A stretch of DNA of 63,441 bases from a virus (Duplodnaviria > Caudoviricetes). The stretch lies in the IMG/VR virus record IMGVR_UViG_3300035703_000091, positions 1 through 63,441 of that record, one strand, 5' to 3'. Position 1 is the first letter of the stretch. The number at the start of each line of letters is the position of its first letter. Under the pieces are notes generated by a model. That model had not been told where the DNA came from. It saw nothing but the letters and a program-made list of their open reading frames with translations, and searched no databases. A program made the translations under genes and the position numbers. This document shows, piece by piece, positions 1 to 8,377 of the stretch.

Positions 1-203
1 TCGTCGTTGAGGTCGTAGTGCGTGATCGCCGGCGAACGCCACCCCGACGTCGGGGCCGCCGGCTGCCCCACCACGTCCTCGGCGTCGCCGCCGTTCCGAC
101 GTCCCGTGACGCGCCAGTATTTGCCATCCGCCTCGATGCGGATTTCGTCGATCGGGCGGAGTTCGCCCACTCGACTTAGCATCTCGTCCACGGTCGTCGG
201 GGT
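1..203 (+). repeat. Terminal direct repeat copy 1 (circular assembly overlap)
   Basis: Matches 63239-63441 except at positions 67 and 76. Confidence 0.95.
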
Positions 204-1715
204 CGGTTCGGCCCCGCCGCACCCTTTCCACCAGCCGCGGACCAGGCCCGCCGCCTTGGGGTTCTCGACGGCCACCCACTCCTTGTGCGCGACCACGCCG
301 CAGAGATAGTCGACGCGCACGCTGGGCGGCGAGCCGAACTTCTCGTGACGCCGGAACGTGCGCTGCGTGACCTTGACCCAGGTCGCCTCCGACTTGGACA
401 GGATCGGCGCCGCGGCGGCCGTCTTCGTGATCTTGTCGCTGACCTGTCGCTCCCACTGATGCCCGCAGTCAGGGCATTCCATGACGGAGGCGTGGACCAC
501 CGAGTAGCACTTCGGGCAGGTCTTCACGGGTGCATCGCCCTTGCCGGAGCCGGGCTTGCGCGGCTTGACCATGTCGATCGGCCCGTGCCGCTTGATGTTC
601 CCGGCGAAGTCCAGCACCAGGCAGTTCGGCTTCGGCCCCGCCGCGATGGCGGCCAGCCGCCCCTCGCGCGTCGAGAGGTCGTGGCCCCGCGCGTAGATCG
701 GCCGCGTGCCGCGCCCGCATATCTGAACGTACAGGCTCGTCGACTCGGTCGGCCGCGCCATCGCCAGCAGGTCCACGCCGGGGGCGTTGAAGCCGGTCGT
801 CAGCACCGAGGCGTTCGTCAGGGCCCGGATGCGGCCGCTGCGGAAGTCTTCGATGATCTGCTTCCGCTCGCCCGCCGGGGTCTCGCCCGTGATCGTCGCT
901 GCGCTGTAGCCGCGCCGCCTGATCTCGTCGGCGAGGTGATGCGCGTGCTCGACGCCCGCGCCGAAGACCAGCCAGGAACGCCGCGCCTGGCCGTAGTGGA
1001 CGATCTCGTCGACGATGGCCGTGGTCAGTTCGTCCTTGTCGACCGCCGCCTGAAGTTCGCCCGCCTTGAAGTCGCCGCCCGTGCGGCCGACGCCCGAGAC
1101 GTCCATCTCGGCGGCCGTGGCCTTGGTGACGAGGGTCGAGAGATAGCCGTCGTCGATCAGCCGGCGGATTCCGACCTCGTAGGCGACCTTCTGGAACAGC
1201 GCGTCGTCGCCCTCGGTCAGGCGGCCGGAGTCGATGCGATAGTCGGTCGCCGTGAAGCCCATCAGGCGCATGTCGGGGTTCATCTCGCGCAGGTCGCGGA
1301 TGAAGGTGAGGTACTGGCCGTTGCCCTTCTTGGGGATCAGGTGCGCCTCGTCGATGAACAGCGCGTCGACCCGGCCCAGCTTCGCGGCCTTGTTGTAGAC
1401 CGACTGGATGCCCGCGAAGAGAATTTGGGCGTGCATCTCGCGCCGCCCCAGACCCGCGGAATAGACGCCGGCAGGCGCCCACTCCCACATGCCGATCAAC
1501 TCCTCGTAGTTCTGCTGCACGAGTTCGGCGACGTGGGTGGCGTTGACGATCCGCAACGGCCCGAACTCGTCCAGCATCCGCCGCATGATCGTGCAGATGA
1601 TGCCGGCCTTGCCGCCGCCGGTCGGGACCACGATCAGGCTGTCGGTCCCTTCGGCGAGGGCGTCGAGTCCAGCCTCGATCGCCTCAGCTTGATAGTCGCG
1701 AGGGGTCCAGGTCAC
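1..1715 (-). CDS. SF2 DEAD/DEAH helicase, RadD/YejH-like with Zn finger; continues across the contig junction to a stop at 63226
   Basis: Hand translation (absent from ORF track because it runs off the edge): GTG start MTWTPRDYQ, Walker A PTGGGK, IDEAH, TAT, LTTGFNAP, QICGRGTR, CPKC..CPDC. Confidence 0.9.
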   Translation of the reverse strand, partial: MTWTPRDYQAEAIEAGLDALAEGTDSLIVVPTGGGKAGIICTIMRRMLDEFGPLRIVNATHVAELVQQNYEELIGMWEWAPAGVYSAGLGRREMHAQILFAGIQSVYNKAAKLGRVDALFIDEAHLIPKKGNGQYLTFIRDLREMNPDMRLMGFTATDYRIDSGRLTEGDDALFQKVAYEVGIRRLIDDGYLSTLVTKATAAEMDVSGVGRTGGDFKAGELQAAVDKDELTTAIVDEIVHYGQARRSWLVFGAGVEHAHHLADEIRRRGYSAATITGETPAGERKQIIEDFRSGRIRALTNASVLTTGFNAPGVDLLAMARPTESTSLYVQICGRGTRPIYARGHDLSTREGRLAAIAAGPKPNCLVLDFAGNIKRHGPIDMVKPRKPGSGKGDAPVKTCPKCYSVVHASVMECPDCGHQWERQVSDKITKTAAAAPILSKSEATWVKVTQRTFRRHEKFGSPPSVRVDYLCGVVAHKEWVAVENPKAAGLVRGWWKGCGGAEPTPTTVDEMLSRVGELRPIDEIRIEADGKYWRVTGRRNGGDAEDVVGQPAAPTSGWRSPAITHYDLND

Positions 1716-1972
1716 GACGCGACCTCCGCCAACTCGACAAGCACGTCGCCGTGACAGGCGGCGGGGCCGCACCAGCAGCCGAGCGTCTTGCCCTTCAGTT
1801 CGCCGAGGCTGGCCATGAGGTCGGGCTGGGTGACAACCCAGGCGCGGTATTTCGCGATGACCTCGTCGCGTGTGCCGTCGCGCCCGATGACGAACGGATT
1901 TCCCCACTTGGAGGGGCGGCCGATGTAGACGTCATAGGGCATGACGCGGCAATGAACGACGTGGCCCTTCAT
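1712..1972 (-). CDS. DUF4326 family protein
   Basis: YDVYIGRPSKWGNPF...LKGKTLGCWCGPAACHGDVL signature. Confidence 0.85.
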   Translation of the reverse strand: MKGHVVHCRVMPYDVYIGRPSKWGNPFVIGRDGTRDEVIAKYRAWVVTQPDLMASLGELKGKTLGCWCGPAACHGDVLVELAEVAS

Positions 1973-2139
1973 CCCCGCACCCGCTTCACGTCCGCCTCGG
2001 CCTTCGCCGCAGGCGTCAGCATCGCCAGAGGCACGACAACGAAGCCTTGGCGATAGAGGGCCGAGATGATCTCGGTCGGCTGCTTGCCGGTGTTCGCCTG
2101 AAGCGCGGCGTGCGCGGCCTGGTGCGCGGCAGGGATCAT
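1969..2139 (-). CDS. Hypothetical protein (56 aa)
   Basis: ATGA-coupled to both neighbours; MIPAAHQAAH... Confidence 0.6.
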   Translation of the reverse strand: MIPAAHQAAHAALQANTGKQPTEIISALYRQGFVVVPLAMLTPAAKAEADVKRVRG

Positions 2140-2660
2140 GCGGCCCTCCCGACGAAATCGGGGAGCGCGTTGCCCGGCCGCGTGAACAGATACCAGCAGC
2201 AGTTGTCCTTGCCGTCCATCTTGGACCCCTCGATCCATTTTAGGCGGCCGATGCTGACGACCCGGCGCAGACGCGGCAGGAGCGGGGCGGCCTGCTTCGT
2301 GTGCTTCCAGTCGGCGTCGAACAGAAGCCAGGTCGGGGCCTGGTCGGACAGGTGAACTATCAGCGGATGCAGGAGCGCGCGGGTCCACGGCGGGTTCGTG
2401 ATGAAGGCGTCGATCCCCTCCGCCTTGATCTTCATGGCGTCGATCTTGCGGATGCCCTCGGCCAGAGGTTCGATGTCGCTCGCGCCGACGCAAATGTGTC
2501 CTGCGGCGATGAGTTGTTCGACCAGCCGCCCCGCGCCGGCGCACGGCTCGACGAACCGCGTCTGCGGCATCAGATGCGGCAGCAGGGCCGCGACGGCGCG
2601 CGGGTCGAAGGTCTCGTAGAGGTCGTTCTTGCGACGCTCGAACTCAGAACGCTTCCCCAT
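2136..2660 (-). CDS. Amino (N6A/N4C) DNA methyltransferase
   Basis: SAM motif EPCAGAG, catalytic ITNPPW, N-terminal DLYET. Confidence 0.85.
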   Translation of the reverse strand: MGKRSEFERRKNDLYETFDPRAVAALLPHLMPQTRFVEPCAGAGRLVEQLIAAGHICVGASDIEPLAEGIRKIDAMKIKAEGIDAFITNPPWTRALLHPLIVHLSDQAPTWLLFDADWKHTKQAAPLLPRLRRVVSIGRLKWIEGSKMDGKDNCCWYLFTRPGNALPDFVGRAA

Positions 2661-3121
2661 CACGCCGCCGCCTTCAGCAGGGACTTCAGGTCGATCGGCG
2701 CGGCCGGGCGGTAGGCCCGCTCGGCGTGCGCCGCGCAATAGCCGCCGCGCACGATGGGGGCGCAGCACGCGCGGTCGTCACCCACGGGCCAGGCGCACTC
2801 GCCGCCCTCTTTCAGCGCGATCGGCTTGGCGGTCGGCACGTCTTCGGCCGGCAGGTCGTGCAGGCCATCGGCGTTGATCTTCGGGGGCATGATCCTCTGT
2901 TCCTTGAGGCTGAAGCGGACGACGGTCGACATGCCGTTGGAGTTGGAGCCCTTCACCGTCACGCGATGGGGGACACGCCAGCCCATGCGGTTCGCCTTGC
3001 CGCAGATGGCCGAGCGCGTGGTCTTCATGACCTTCGCGATGAAGCCGGCCGAACGGTCCTCGTCGATCCACAGCTTCCGCAGTTTTTCGACGCGCTCGGG
3101 CGTCCAGAACTCACTCGACAT
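2660..3121 (-). CDS. gcrA: GcrA-family cell-cycle regulator
   Basis: WTPERVEKLRKLW...TRSAICGKANR N-terminus and C-terminal CAWPVGD..CC..YCAAH. Confidence 0.85.
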   Translation of the reverse strand: MSSEFWTPERVEKLRKLWIDEDRSAGFIAKVMKTTRSAICGKANRMGWRVPHRVTVKGSNSNGMSTVVRFSLKEQRIMPPKINADGLHDLPAEDVPTAKPIALKEGGECAWPVGDDRACCAPIVRGGYCAAHAERAYRPAAPIDLKSLLKAAA

Positions 3122-4100
3122 TCAGGCTCTCGGGGTTGGCGATGGGCTCCGGCGACGGCTGTTCGCCGTCGATCCAGGTGCGGCCGTCGCGAAGGGTGTA
3201 GGTGACGGTCTCGCGCTCCTCGTCCACGTCGATCTGTTCGCCGGGGACGAGGGCGGGGATGAAGAGGTGGGCGGGGCAGGCGGCGCGCTGTTCGTCGGCG
3301 GAGAGCGGCTTCGCCCAGCGGGAGCAGTCCCACGCCGCGTCGCCCGACATGAGGGGTGTGGCGTGCAGGCAGGTCCGGCAGTTCACCCGCGCGAACGACT
3401 CGCCCAGGCACAACGGCTTGGCCTTGCAGAACCGGCAGTCGGGCGCCTCGCGCTTCTCGCTGATCGGGACGGGCGGCTGGTCCATGGCGATGATGCGCTC
3501 GAGGCGGGCGAACAGACGAACGCACCATGCGTTGTCGTATTCGACGCGCTCGTAATAGACCTCATCGGTGTTCTTGTTGACGGCGGCGTAGAGGGCCCGG
3601 TCGATGCCGCGGACGTGCATGTAAATCTGGCATTGAACCCAATGCTCGAACTTGCCCTTGTGGACGCCGTGGACCTTGACCTTGCCGAACGACTTGTCGG
3701 AGTGGCTCTTGCACTCGAGCACATGCGCCTTCGTCGGCGCTTCTGGCACGCCCTCGGGGATGATGCCGTCCAGCTTGCCGCGGACGTGCCCGGCCAGAGC
3801 GCGGGCCGACCACTGGCGACCGTTGGCCGGGTCGACGTCGAGAACCTCGATGCCGGCCATGCGGAGGTCGGCGATGATCCGCTCCTCCTCGATGTGGCCC
3901 GTCTGAAACAGGCGCAGCATCCGGCCGCTGAACTTCTCCTTCGCCGAAGCCCAGCGGAACAGATACCAGAGCGCGCGGTCGCACTCGGTCCCCAGCATGG
4001 ACGGCGAGAAGCCGAGCCCACCCCAATCCTCCGCCCGCGCCTCATAGGCGGCGTAGACGAGATCGGGAATGCTCGAGCGTGGGCGCGGGAGCGGGGCCAT
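3111..4100 (-). CDS. Cas4/RecB-like PD-(D/E)xK exonuclease
   Basis: SPSMLGTECDR, GKLDG, VLECKS, QCQIYM, CRFC...C cluster plus extra CRTC...C...C. Confidence 0.8.
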   Translation of the reverse strand: MAPLPRPRSSIPDLVYAAYEARAEDWGGLGFSPSMLGTECDRALWYLFRWASAKEKFSGRMLRLFQTGHIEEERIIADLRMAGIEVLDVDPANGRQWSARALAGHVRGKLDGIIPEGVPEAPTKAHVLECKSHSDKSFGKVKVHGVHKGKFEHWVQCQIYMHVRGIDRALYAAVNKNTDEVYYERVEYDNAWCVRLFARLERIIAMDQPPVPISEKREAPDCRFCKAKPLCLGESFARVNCRTCLHATPLMSGDAAWDCSRWAKPLSADEQRAACPAHLFIPALVPGEQIDVDEERETVTYTLRDGRTWIDGEQPSPEPIANPESLNVE

Positions 4101-4814
4101 TCAGGCGGCCTCGCGACGCGACAGATGGGCGAGAAGCTGACGCCCCAGGTGCTCGGTGTAGGCGGGCGGAATCGCTTCGCTCATCTCGCCGCAGGTCATC
4201 CAGTCGATTCCCATGGCGCGGCCCATGGCGTCGCGGTGTCCCGCCGGCCATTCGTCCTTCGTGCCGCGGCCGCCCTTCTTGGCCGAGCGGTTGCGGGCGT
4301 GTCCGCCGTAGACCCCGATCACCGCGCCGCCGGAGTGGGCGCAAGGACCGGGCGGGGCGATCTCGACGTTGCTCTCGAACAGGCGATGGCGCTGAAGTTC
4401 GCAGCCATAGGCGCCCAGGCCGAACATCGTGCCGCACAGGGTGATGGGGGCGTGCATCTCTGCGCGTGCGCCCTCGACGTTCTCGATGACGTAGGGGAGT
4501 CCGCTGGCCTCGAGCATGTCGCGGACGGGCGCGATCAGGCGCGGCGCACCCCGCGCGCCCGGCGCATGGCGCAGGTCCGTGTACCCCTGGCACGGCGGGC
4601 TGGCGTGGACGGCGTCGAAGTTCGCCGCGATCCATGCGGGGTCGAGGTCCAAGCAGTCACGCTCGATCACCGGGTGCGGGTTGTTCTTGCGAACGACCAC
4701 GTCGACGCCCGTCACCTCGAACCCAGCGCGGGCGTAGCCCATGCCGGCGCCGCCAGCGCAGCAGAACAGATCGAGGAGGCGGGGTTTCGACATAGAAATA
4801 GCGTTCTTCCGCAA
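4101..4814 (-). CDS. C5 cytosine DNA methyltransferase (start may be MSKPR at 4793)
   Basis: LDLFCCAGG, ASPPCQ, IENV, QRHRLF motifs. Confidence 0.85.
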   Translation of the reverse strand: MRKNAISMSKPRLLDLFCCAGGAGMGYARAGFEVTGVDVVVRKNNPHPVIERDCLDLDPAWIAANFDAVHASPPCQGYTDLRHAPGARGAPRLIAPVRDMLEASGLPYVIENVEGARAEMHAPITLCGTMFGLGAYGCELQRHRLFESNVEIAPPGPCAHSGGAVIGVYGGHARNRSAKKGGRGTKDEWPAGHRDAMGRAMGIDWMTCGEMSEAIPPAYTEHLGRQLLAHLSRREAA

Positions 4815-4821
4815 GGGGCGG

Positions 4822-4848
4822 GAAAAGAGCCGGGGCCGAAGCCCCGGC
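4822..4848 (-). terminator. Intrinsic terminator
   Basis: Minus strand CCGGGGC-TTCG-GCCCCGG followed by CTCTTTT just after the 4864 stop. Confidence 0.65.
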
Positions 4849-4863
4849 GGTTTCAGGATGGTC

Positions 4864-5415
4864 TTAGGTCCGGCGCTGCCAGGACCGGCCGCCGGCCGAA
4901 GACGAAGGCGGCGGAGGCGGGGGCGACTGCGGCGCCGCGGAGGCGGGCGGCTTGCCCTCGGGGATCGGGTCGGGCTCGACGCCGTCGAACAGATACTTGA
5001 CGATCTTGTTCTTCGACATCTCCTTCTGGTGCTTCCTCGAGAAGTAGGTCTCGATGCCGACCTGGGCGTGGAAGGGCCGGAAGTGGAACTGATCGCTGTC
5101 GCCGCTCTGAAGCGGCCACGGCAGGTCGCACGCCTGCGCCAGGGCGCGAAGCTGGCCCTGCGCGATCTGCTGCGCCTGGGCGCTCTCGTGCTGGATCGAG
5201 GTGATGCCGTCGAACCACCAGACGCCCTTGTGCGGGCCGGACGCGACGCGCACCTTGTAGTCGAGGTTCTGGCCCTTGCCCGTCGAGTTCAGCTTGACGT
5301 CGGACTCGAAGATTTCGAGTTCATAGACGTCTTCGGGGATGATGGTGACGGAGCCCGAGCCGCCCGTCGAGGCATTGGCTTCGACGTTGGCGTCGATTTG
5401 ACCGAGGCTGGCCAT
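4864..5415 (-). CDS. DUF669-like single-stranded DNA binding protein
   Basis: IPEDVYELEI...QIAQGQLRALAQAC, Pro-rich tail ending in W; adjacent to AAA ATPase. Confidence 0.7.
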   Translation of the reverse strand: MASLGQIDANVEANASTGGSGSVTIIPEDVYELEIFESDVKLNSTGKGQNLDYKVRVASGPHKGVWWFDGITSIQHESAQAQQIAQGQLRALAQACDLPWPLQSGDSDQFHFRPFHAQVGIETYFSRKHQKEMSKNKIVKYLFDGVEPDPIPEGKPPASAAPQSPPPPPPSSSAGGRSWQRRT

Positions 5416-5434
5416 GGTGAGGGAAGTCCTTCGT

Positions 5435-5566
5435 TCAGTTGGTGAGGAGGTGGATGAAGGCGGCGATGACGGCGATGCCGCCGATCACGGCCAGCCAGCC
5501 GATGCAGACGAGAAGCCCCAGAAGGGCCACCTTGCGTCGGAGGTCGTAGTCGGGCGCCGGCGTCAC
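5435..5566 (-). CDS. Small membrane protein (43 aa)
   Basis: GTG overlapping upstream stop; one long hydrophobic segment. Confidence 0.55.
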   Translation of the reverse strand: MTPAPDYDLRRKVALLGLLVCIGWLAVIGGIAVIAAFIHLLTN

Positions 5567-6336
5567 GACGCGCTGCCCGGAAGGTGCTTGGCGATCTCCT
5601 CCCAGCCCTTGCCGGGCTTGTAGGTGATCTCGCTGGGGTGGTTGTAGCGGGAGCCGGCGATGAAGCCGGGGCGCTCGTCGAAATACATGACCCGCAGGCC
5701 GGCGCCCTCGCCGCGCTTGGTCTCCTGGTTGAAGCCGCCCTTCTCCTTCACGATCGACACCCGATGGTTGACGAAGGCGATGAAGTCGGCCTGAGCCTGG
5801 ATCAGGTCGGCGACGTTCTTCCGCAGGTTCGGGCGGTAGCGGTTGTAGGAGTCGCTCGTCGGCGAATCGAACTTGGTGATCTCGGCGTGGGTGATGAGCA
5901 GGACGCTCATGCCCTTGATCGTCCGCAGGTCGGACAGGGCGGCCAGCACCTCGTTGTTCCAGATGTTCAGGGCCTCGACATAGCCCTTGCCGTAGCCGGG
6001 CTCCTCGATCGACGGCCAGCCGTTGCGCTTGCACGCCTCGTCCTCGACCAGGCGGTTCAGGCCGTCGCCCGAGTCGATGATGAAGGTTTGGAAGTCGTGG
6101 TCCTCGGTGATGAGCGAGCCGACCGCGTCGAAGAAGTCGTTCAGCGTCTTCGCCTCGTCCTCGAAGGTGTCGACCTCGACGCCCGCCGGCGGGTTTTCGC
6201 CCGGCGTCCGCAGCAGGATCGGCTTGGGCGCCTCGCAGGCCAGCGAGGTCTTGCCGACCTTCTCGACCCCGTAGATCAGGCCGAAGGGGTTCGAGCGCGG
6301 CGCGCTCTTTTTCAGGGAGGCGAGGGACATCGCCAT
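5563..6336 (-). CDS. AAA_24/Sak4-like ATPase (recombination)
   Basis: IYGVEKVGKTS Walker A, FIIDS, GYGKGY, LITH. Confidence 0.85.
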   Translation of the reverse strand: MAMSLASLKKSAPRSNPFGLIYGVEKVGKTSLACEAPKPILLRTPGENPPAGVEVDTFEDEAKTLNDFFDAVGSLITEDHDFQTFIIDSGDGLNRLVEDEACKRNGWPSIEEPGYGKGYVEALNIWNNEVLAALSDLRTIKGMSVLLITHAEITKFDSPTSDSYNRYRPNLRKNVADLIQAQADFIAFVNHRVSIVKEKGGFNQETKRGEGAGLRVMYFDERPGFIAGSRYNHPSEITYKPGKGWEEIAKHLPGSAS

Positions 6337-6361
6337 GGGTGGTTCTCTCCTGCGGTTGGGA

Positions 6362-6703
6362 TCAGGCGGCTTGCGCGTTGAGGACGCGCTGCCAGGTGAA
6401 GCGGCCGACGAGACGCCAGCCGCGGTCGCGCACCGTTTCGATCTCGACGCCGAAGGGCGTCAGCTTCTTGCGGATGCGGGCGATGTAGACGTCGATCGTG
6501 CGGGTCTCCGGCACGGCCGCGCCCTCGGCGATGGACGCGCGGGTGGCGCAGTCGACGGCGAGCAGGGCGCGGAACACGCGATCTTCCGTCACCGTCAACT
6601 TCCACTCGGCGGGAAGAACGGCTTGCGTGTCGGCCAGCTTTGCGCGCAGGGTTTGAACCTGTTCGCGCAGCGCCAGAACTTCTTGCGTATCGCCGTTCGT
6701 CAT
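6362..6703 (-). CDS. Stand-alone OmpR/CtrA-type winged-helix DNA-binding protein with N-terminal coiled coil
   Basis: LTVTE...RTIDVYIARIRKKL..IETVRDRGWRL; no receiver domain. Confidence 0.8.
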   Translation of the reverse strand: MTNGDTQEVLALREQVQTLRAKLADTQAVLPAEWKLTVTEDRVFRALLAVDCATRASIAEGAAVPETRTIDVYIARIRKKLTPFGVEIETVRDRGWRLVGRFTWQRVLNAQAA

Positions 6704-6769
6704 GCTAGGTTTTATTCCACGGTCGCTTGGGTGCGTGCAACCTTTGTGTCGGTTGCGCGTATCTGCATG

Positions 6770-6815
6770 TCCAATCGAGTAACGGACGAATCCGGTGCTG
6801 TCAACGGACGAACAG
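6770..6815 (-). promoter_or_regulatory. Leftward early promoter / operator region
   Basis: Minus strand GTTCGTCCG-TTGACA at 6813-6799, matching the genome-wide TCSGTTGAC promoter family; AACGGACGAA repeated at 6781 and 6803. Confidence 0.6.
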
Positions 6816-7481
6816 AATATTTCGCAGAGCCCGCTATCCAACCTTGCCGAAAGGTTGCGCGAGCGACTGACCGCGCTCGGCATCTCCGAGAGAGAGGCGG
6901 GCCGGCGGGCGGGCTTCGGCCTCTCTTATGTGGGCGACGTCGTTCACGGCCGATCGCGCGAGCCCTCAACGCCTCGGTTGATAAAGTTGGCCGAGGTTCT
7001 TGACTGCGATCTGGACTACCTTATTGGAAGACAAGAGACGCCGCGTCGGGTGGCGACAGGGGCCGAGCCAGGCCGGGAACTGCGCGCAAATAATGTGCAG
7101 CCTCAACGACTCATTGACTTGTTCTCGTCATCCTCGCTGTCAGAAGACCTCTGGGTCAGGGCCTCTACTGAAGCGGTGGACAAGGTGCCTGTGATTCCGC
7201 CCCTCGCGCATGTGAACAGCGCCTACGCATGGTCGGTCTCTACTCCGCACATGGAGCCGAGATACTTCATCGGCGAGATCATCTATCTTCACCCCGGCCT
7301 CGTGCCGCGGGCAGGCGACTTCGTGCTTGCTCGGCGCAAGAGCGGCGACGTGTCGGTCGCCCGACTCGTCGGATACGAGGGCGCGGCCGTCCGCCTGGGC
7401 TACCTGGCCAACCCCGAGACCCTGCTCGTGCCGAAGACCGACATCGAGCATCTGCACCGGATCGTGGGGTCCGCCGGATAA
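6795..7481 (+). CDS. CI-like repressor (XRE HTH + S24-type C-terminal domain); start uncertain
   Basis: ISEREAGRRAG..YVGDVVHGRSREP...LAEVLDCDLDYL HTH; HMEPRYFIGE S24-like motif; sits between divergent early operons. Confidence 0.85.
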   Translation: MLSTDEQNISQSPLSNLAERLRERLTALGISEREAGRRAGFGLSYVGDVVHGRSREPSTPRLIKLAEVLDCDLDYLIGRQETPRRVATGAEPGRELRANNVQPQRLIDLFSSSSLSEDLWVRASTEAVDKVPVIPPLAHVNSAYAWSVSTPHMEPRYFIGEIIYLHPGLVPRAGDFVLARRKSGDVSVARLVGYEGAAVRLGYLANPETLLVPKTDIEHLHRIVGSAG

Positions 7482-7536
7482 ATCGGAACCGACGACCGAT
7501 TTATCCGTTGACATAGCGGAAACGTCCGCCTAGCCT
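7475..7536 (+). promoter_or_regulatory. Rightward early promoter with inverted-repeat operator
   Basis: CGGATAAATCGG (7475-7486) / CCGATTTATCCG (7496-7507) perfect inverted repeat abutting TTGACA-N17-TAGCCT. Confidence 0.7.
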
Positions 7537-7567
7537 CGGTTGCATCGAACGCAGCCGAGGCTTTTTC

Positions 7568-7837
7568 ATGCAGACTTGGACCTGGGGCGAGAGCACCGAT
7601 TTCCCGCCGTCGATTCGCCGGGACGGCGAAGACGTCTACGACCTGCTGCGCGCCAACCGCTTCGACGAGGCGAAGGACGCCGTCAAGACCTGGCGCGGCG
7701 ACAACCCCATCCGCCTCCTGATCGAGGGCGAGGATTTCCAGACCGCCATTTGCGATCTGGGCTCGATCCTGTTCCCACAGCGCCAGCCGCACGGTTTCGG
7801 CGACGCGATCCGCGCCCTCGAGCGCGACGCTTTCTGA
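7568..7837 (+). CDS. Hypothetical protein
   Basis: First ORF after promoter; phage-like codon usage. Confidence 0.65.
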   Translation: MQTWTWGESTDFPPSIRRDGEDVYDLLRANRFDEAKDAVKTWRGDNPIRLLIEGEDFQTAICDLGSILFPQRQPHGFGDAIRALERDAF

Positions 7838-7865
7838 CCAATCCATTTTCAACGGAGAGACCAAG

Positions 7866-8153
7866 ATGCAACGTCAACAGATCAGGCGGGTCGCCCGCAT
7901 CGCCAAGAAGCGCCTCGACGCGCGGCGTGAGCGCGGGGCCCGTCAGGCCGTCCTCGAGACCCTCCGCGCCTGCCGCGTCAAGACCGTCGTGCAGGGACCG
8001 GGCTCGCTGGCGCCGCTGGGCCGCAAGTTCAAGAAGCCGAAGGGCCAAGCCAACTGGCGCGTGAAGAACGTGCGGTCGTACATCGGCGGCGTCCCGGTCG
8101 ATGTCGAGTTCCACACGACCAAGGGCGCGCGGCGCTGGACGGTGGCGGCGTGA
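7866..8153 (+). CDS. Basic, Arg-rich hypothetical protein (possible RNA-binding/antiterminator)
   Basis: GGAGAG RBS; N-terminal RRVARIAKKRLDARRERGAR. Confidence 0.65.
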   Translation: MQRQQIRRVARIAKKRLDARRERGARQAVLETLRACRVKTVVQGPGSLAPLGRKFKKPKGQANWRVKNVRSYIGGVPVDVEFHTTKGARRWTVAA

Positions 8154-8377
8154 TGAGCACTCAGTCCCCCGCCCAAATCAGGGCCACCATCAAGGACGCC
8201 GTCATCGAGGACGCCGATGACGGGCGCTTCGCCTTCGGGGCGGTTTACGGACACATCGGCGGTGTATTCGCCGATGGCGCCCCGTTCCGAACCGCCACGA
8301 TCACCTCCGGCCCCGACGAGGGCGGCGTCGTTCAGACCGAAGACGGAGACTACCGTCTCGAGATGCGCCCCGAATGA
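8150..8377 (+). CDS. Hypothetical protein
   Basis: Overlapping start/stop with both neighbours. Confidence 0.65.
   Translation: MMSTQSPAQIRATIKDAVIEDADDGRFAFGAVYGHIGGVFADGAPFRTATITSGPDEGGVVQTEDGDYRLEMRPE

Noticed and set aside
1-203. Biological direct terminal repeat
   Set aside because: Falls mid-gene in the helicase and the terminase is cos-type; best explained as assembly overlap
3111-4100. CRISPR-Cas system
   Set aside because: Cas4-like nuclease is solo within a recombination module; no repeat-spacer array or other cas genes were seen
285-5000. Long plus-strand ORFs (285-1754, 2754-5000; likewise 29247-31868, 44522-46171, 60851-62488)
   Set aside because: Antisense shadows of well-supported minus-strand genes, expected with high GC3 codon bias
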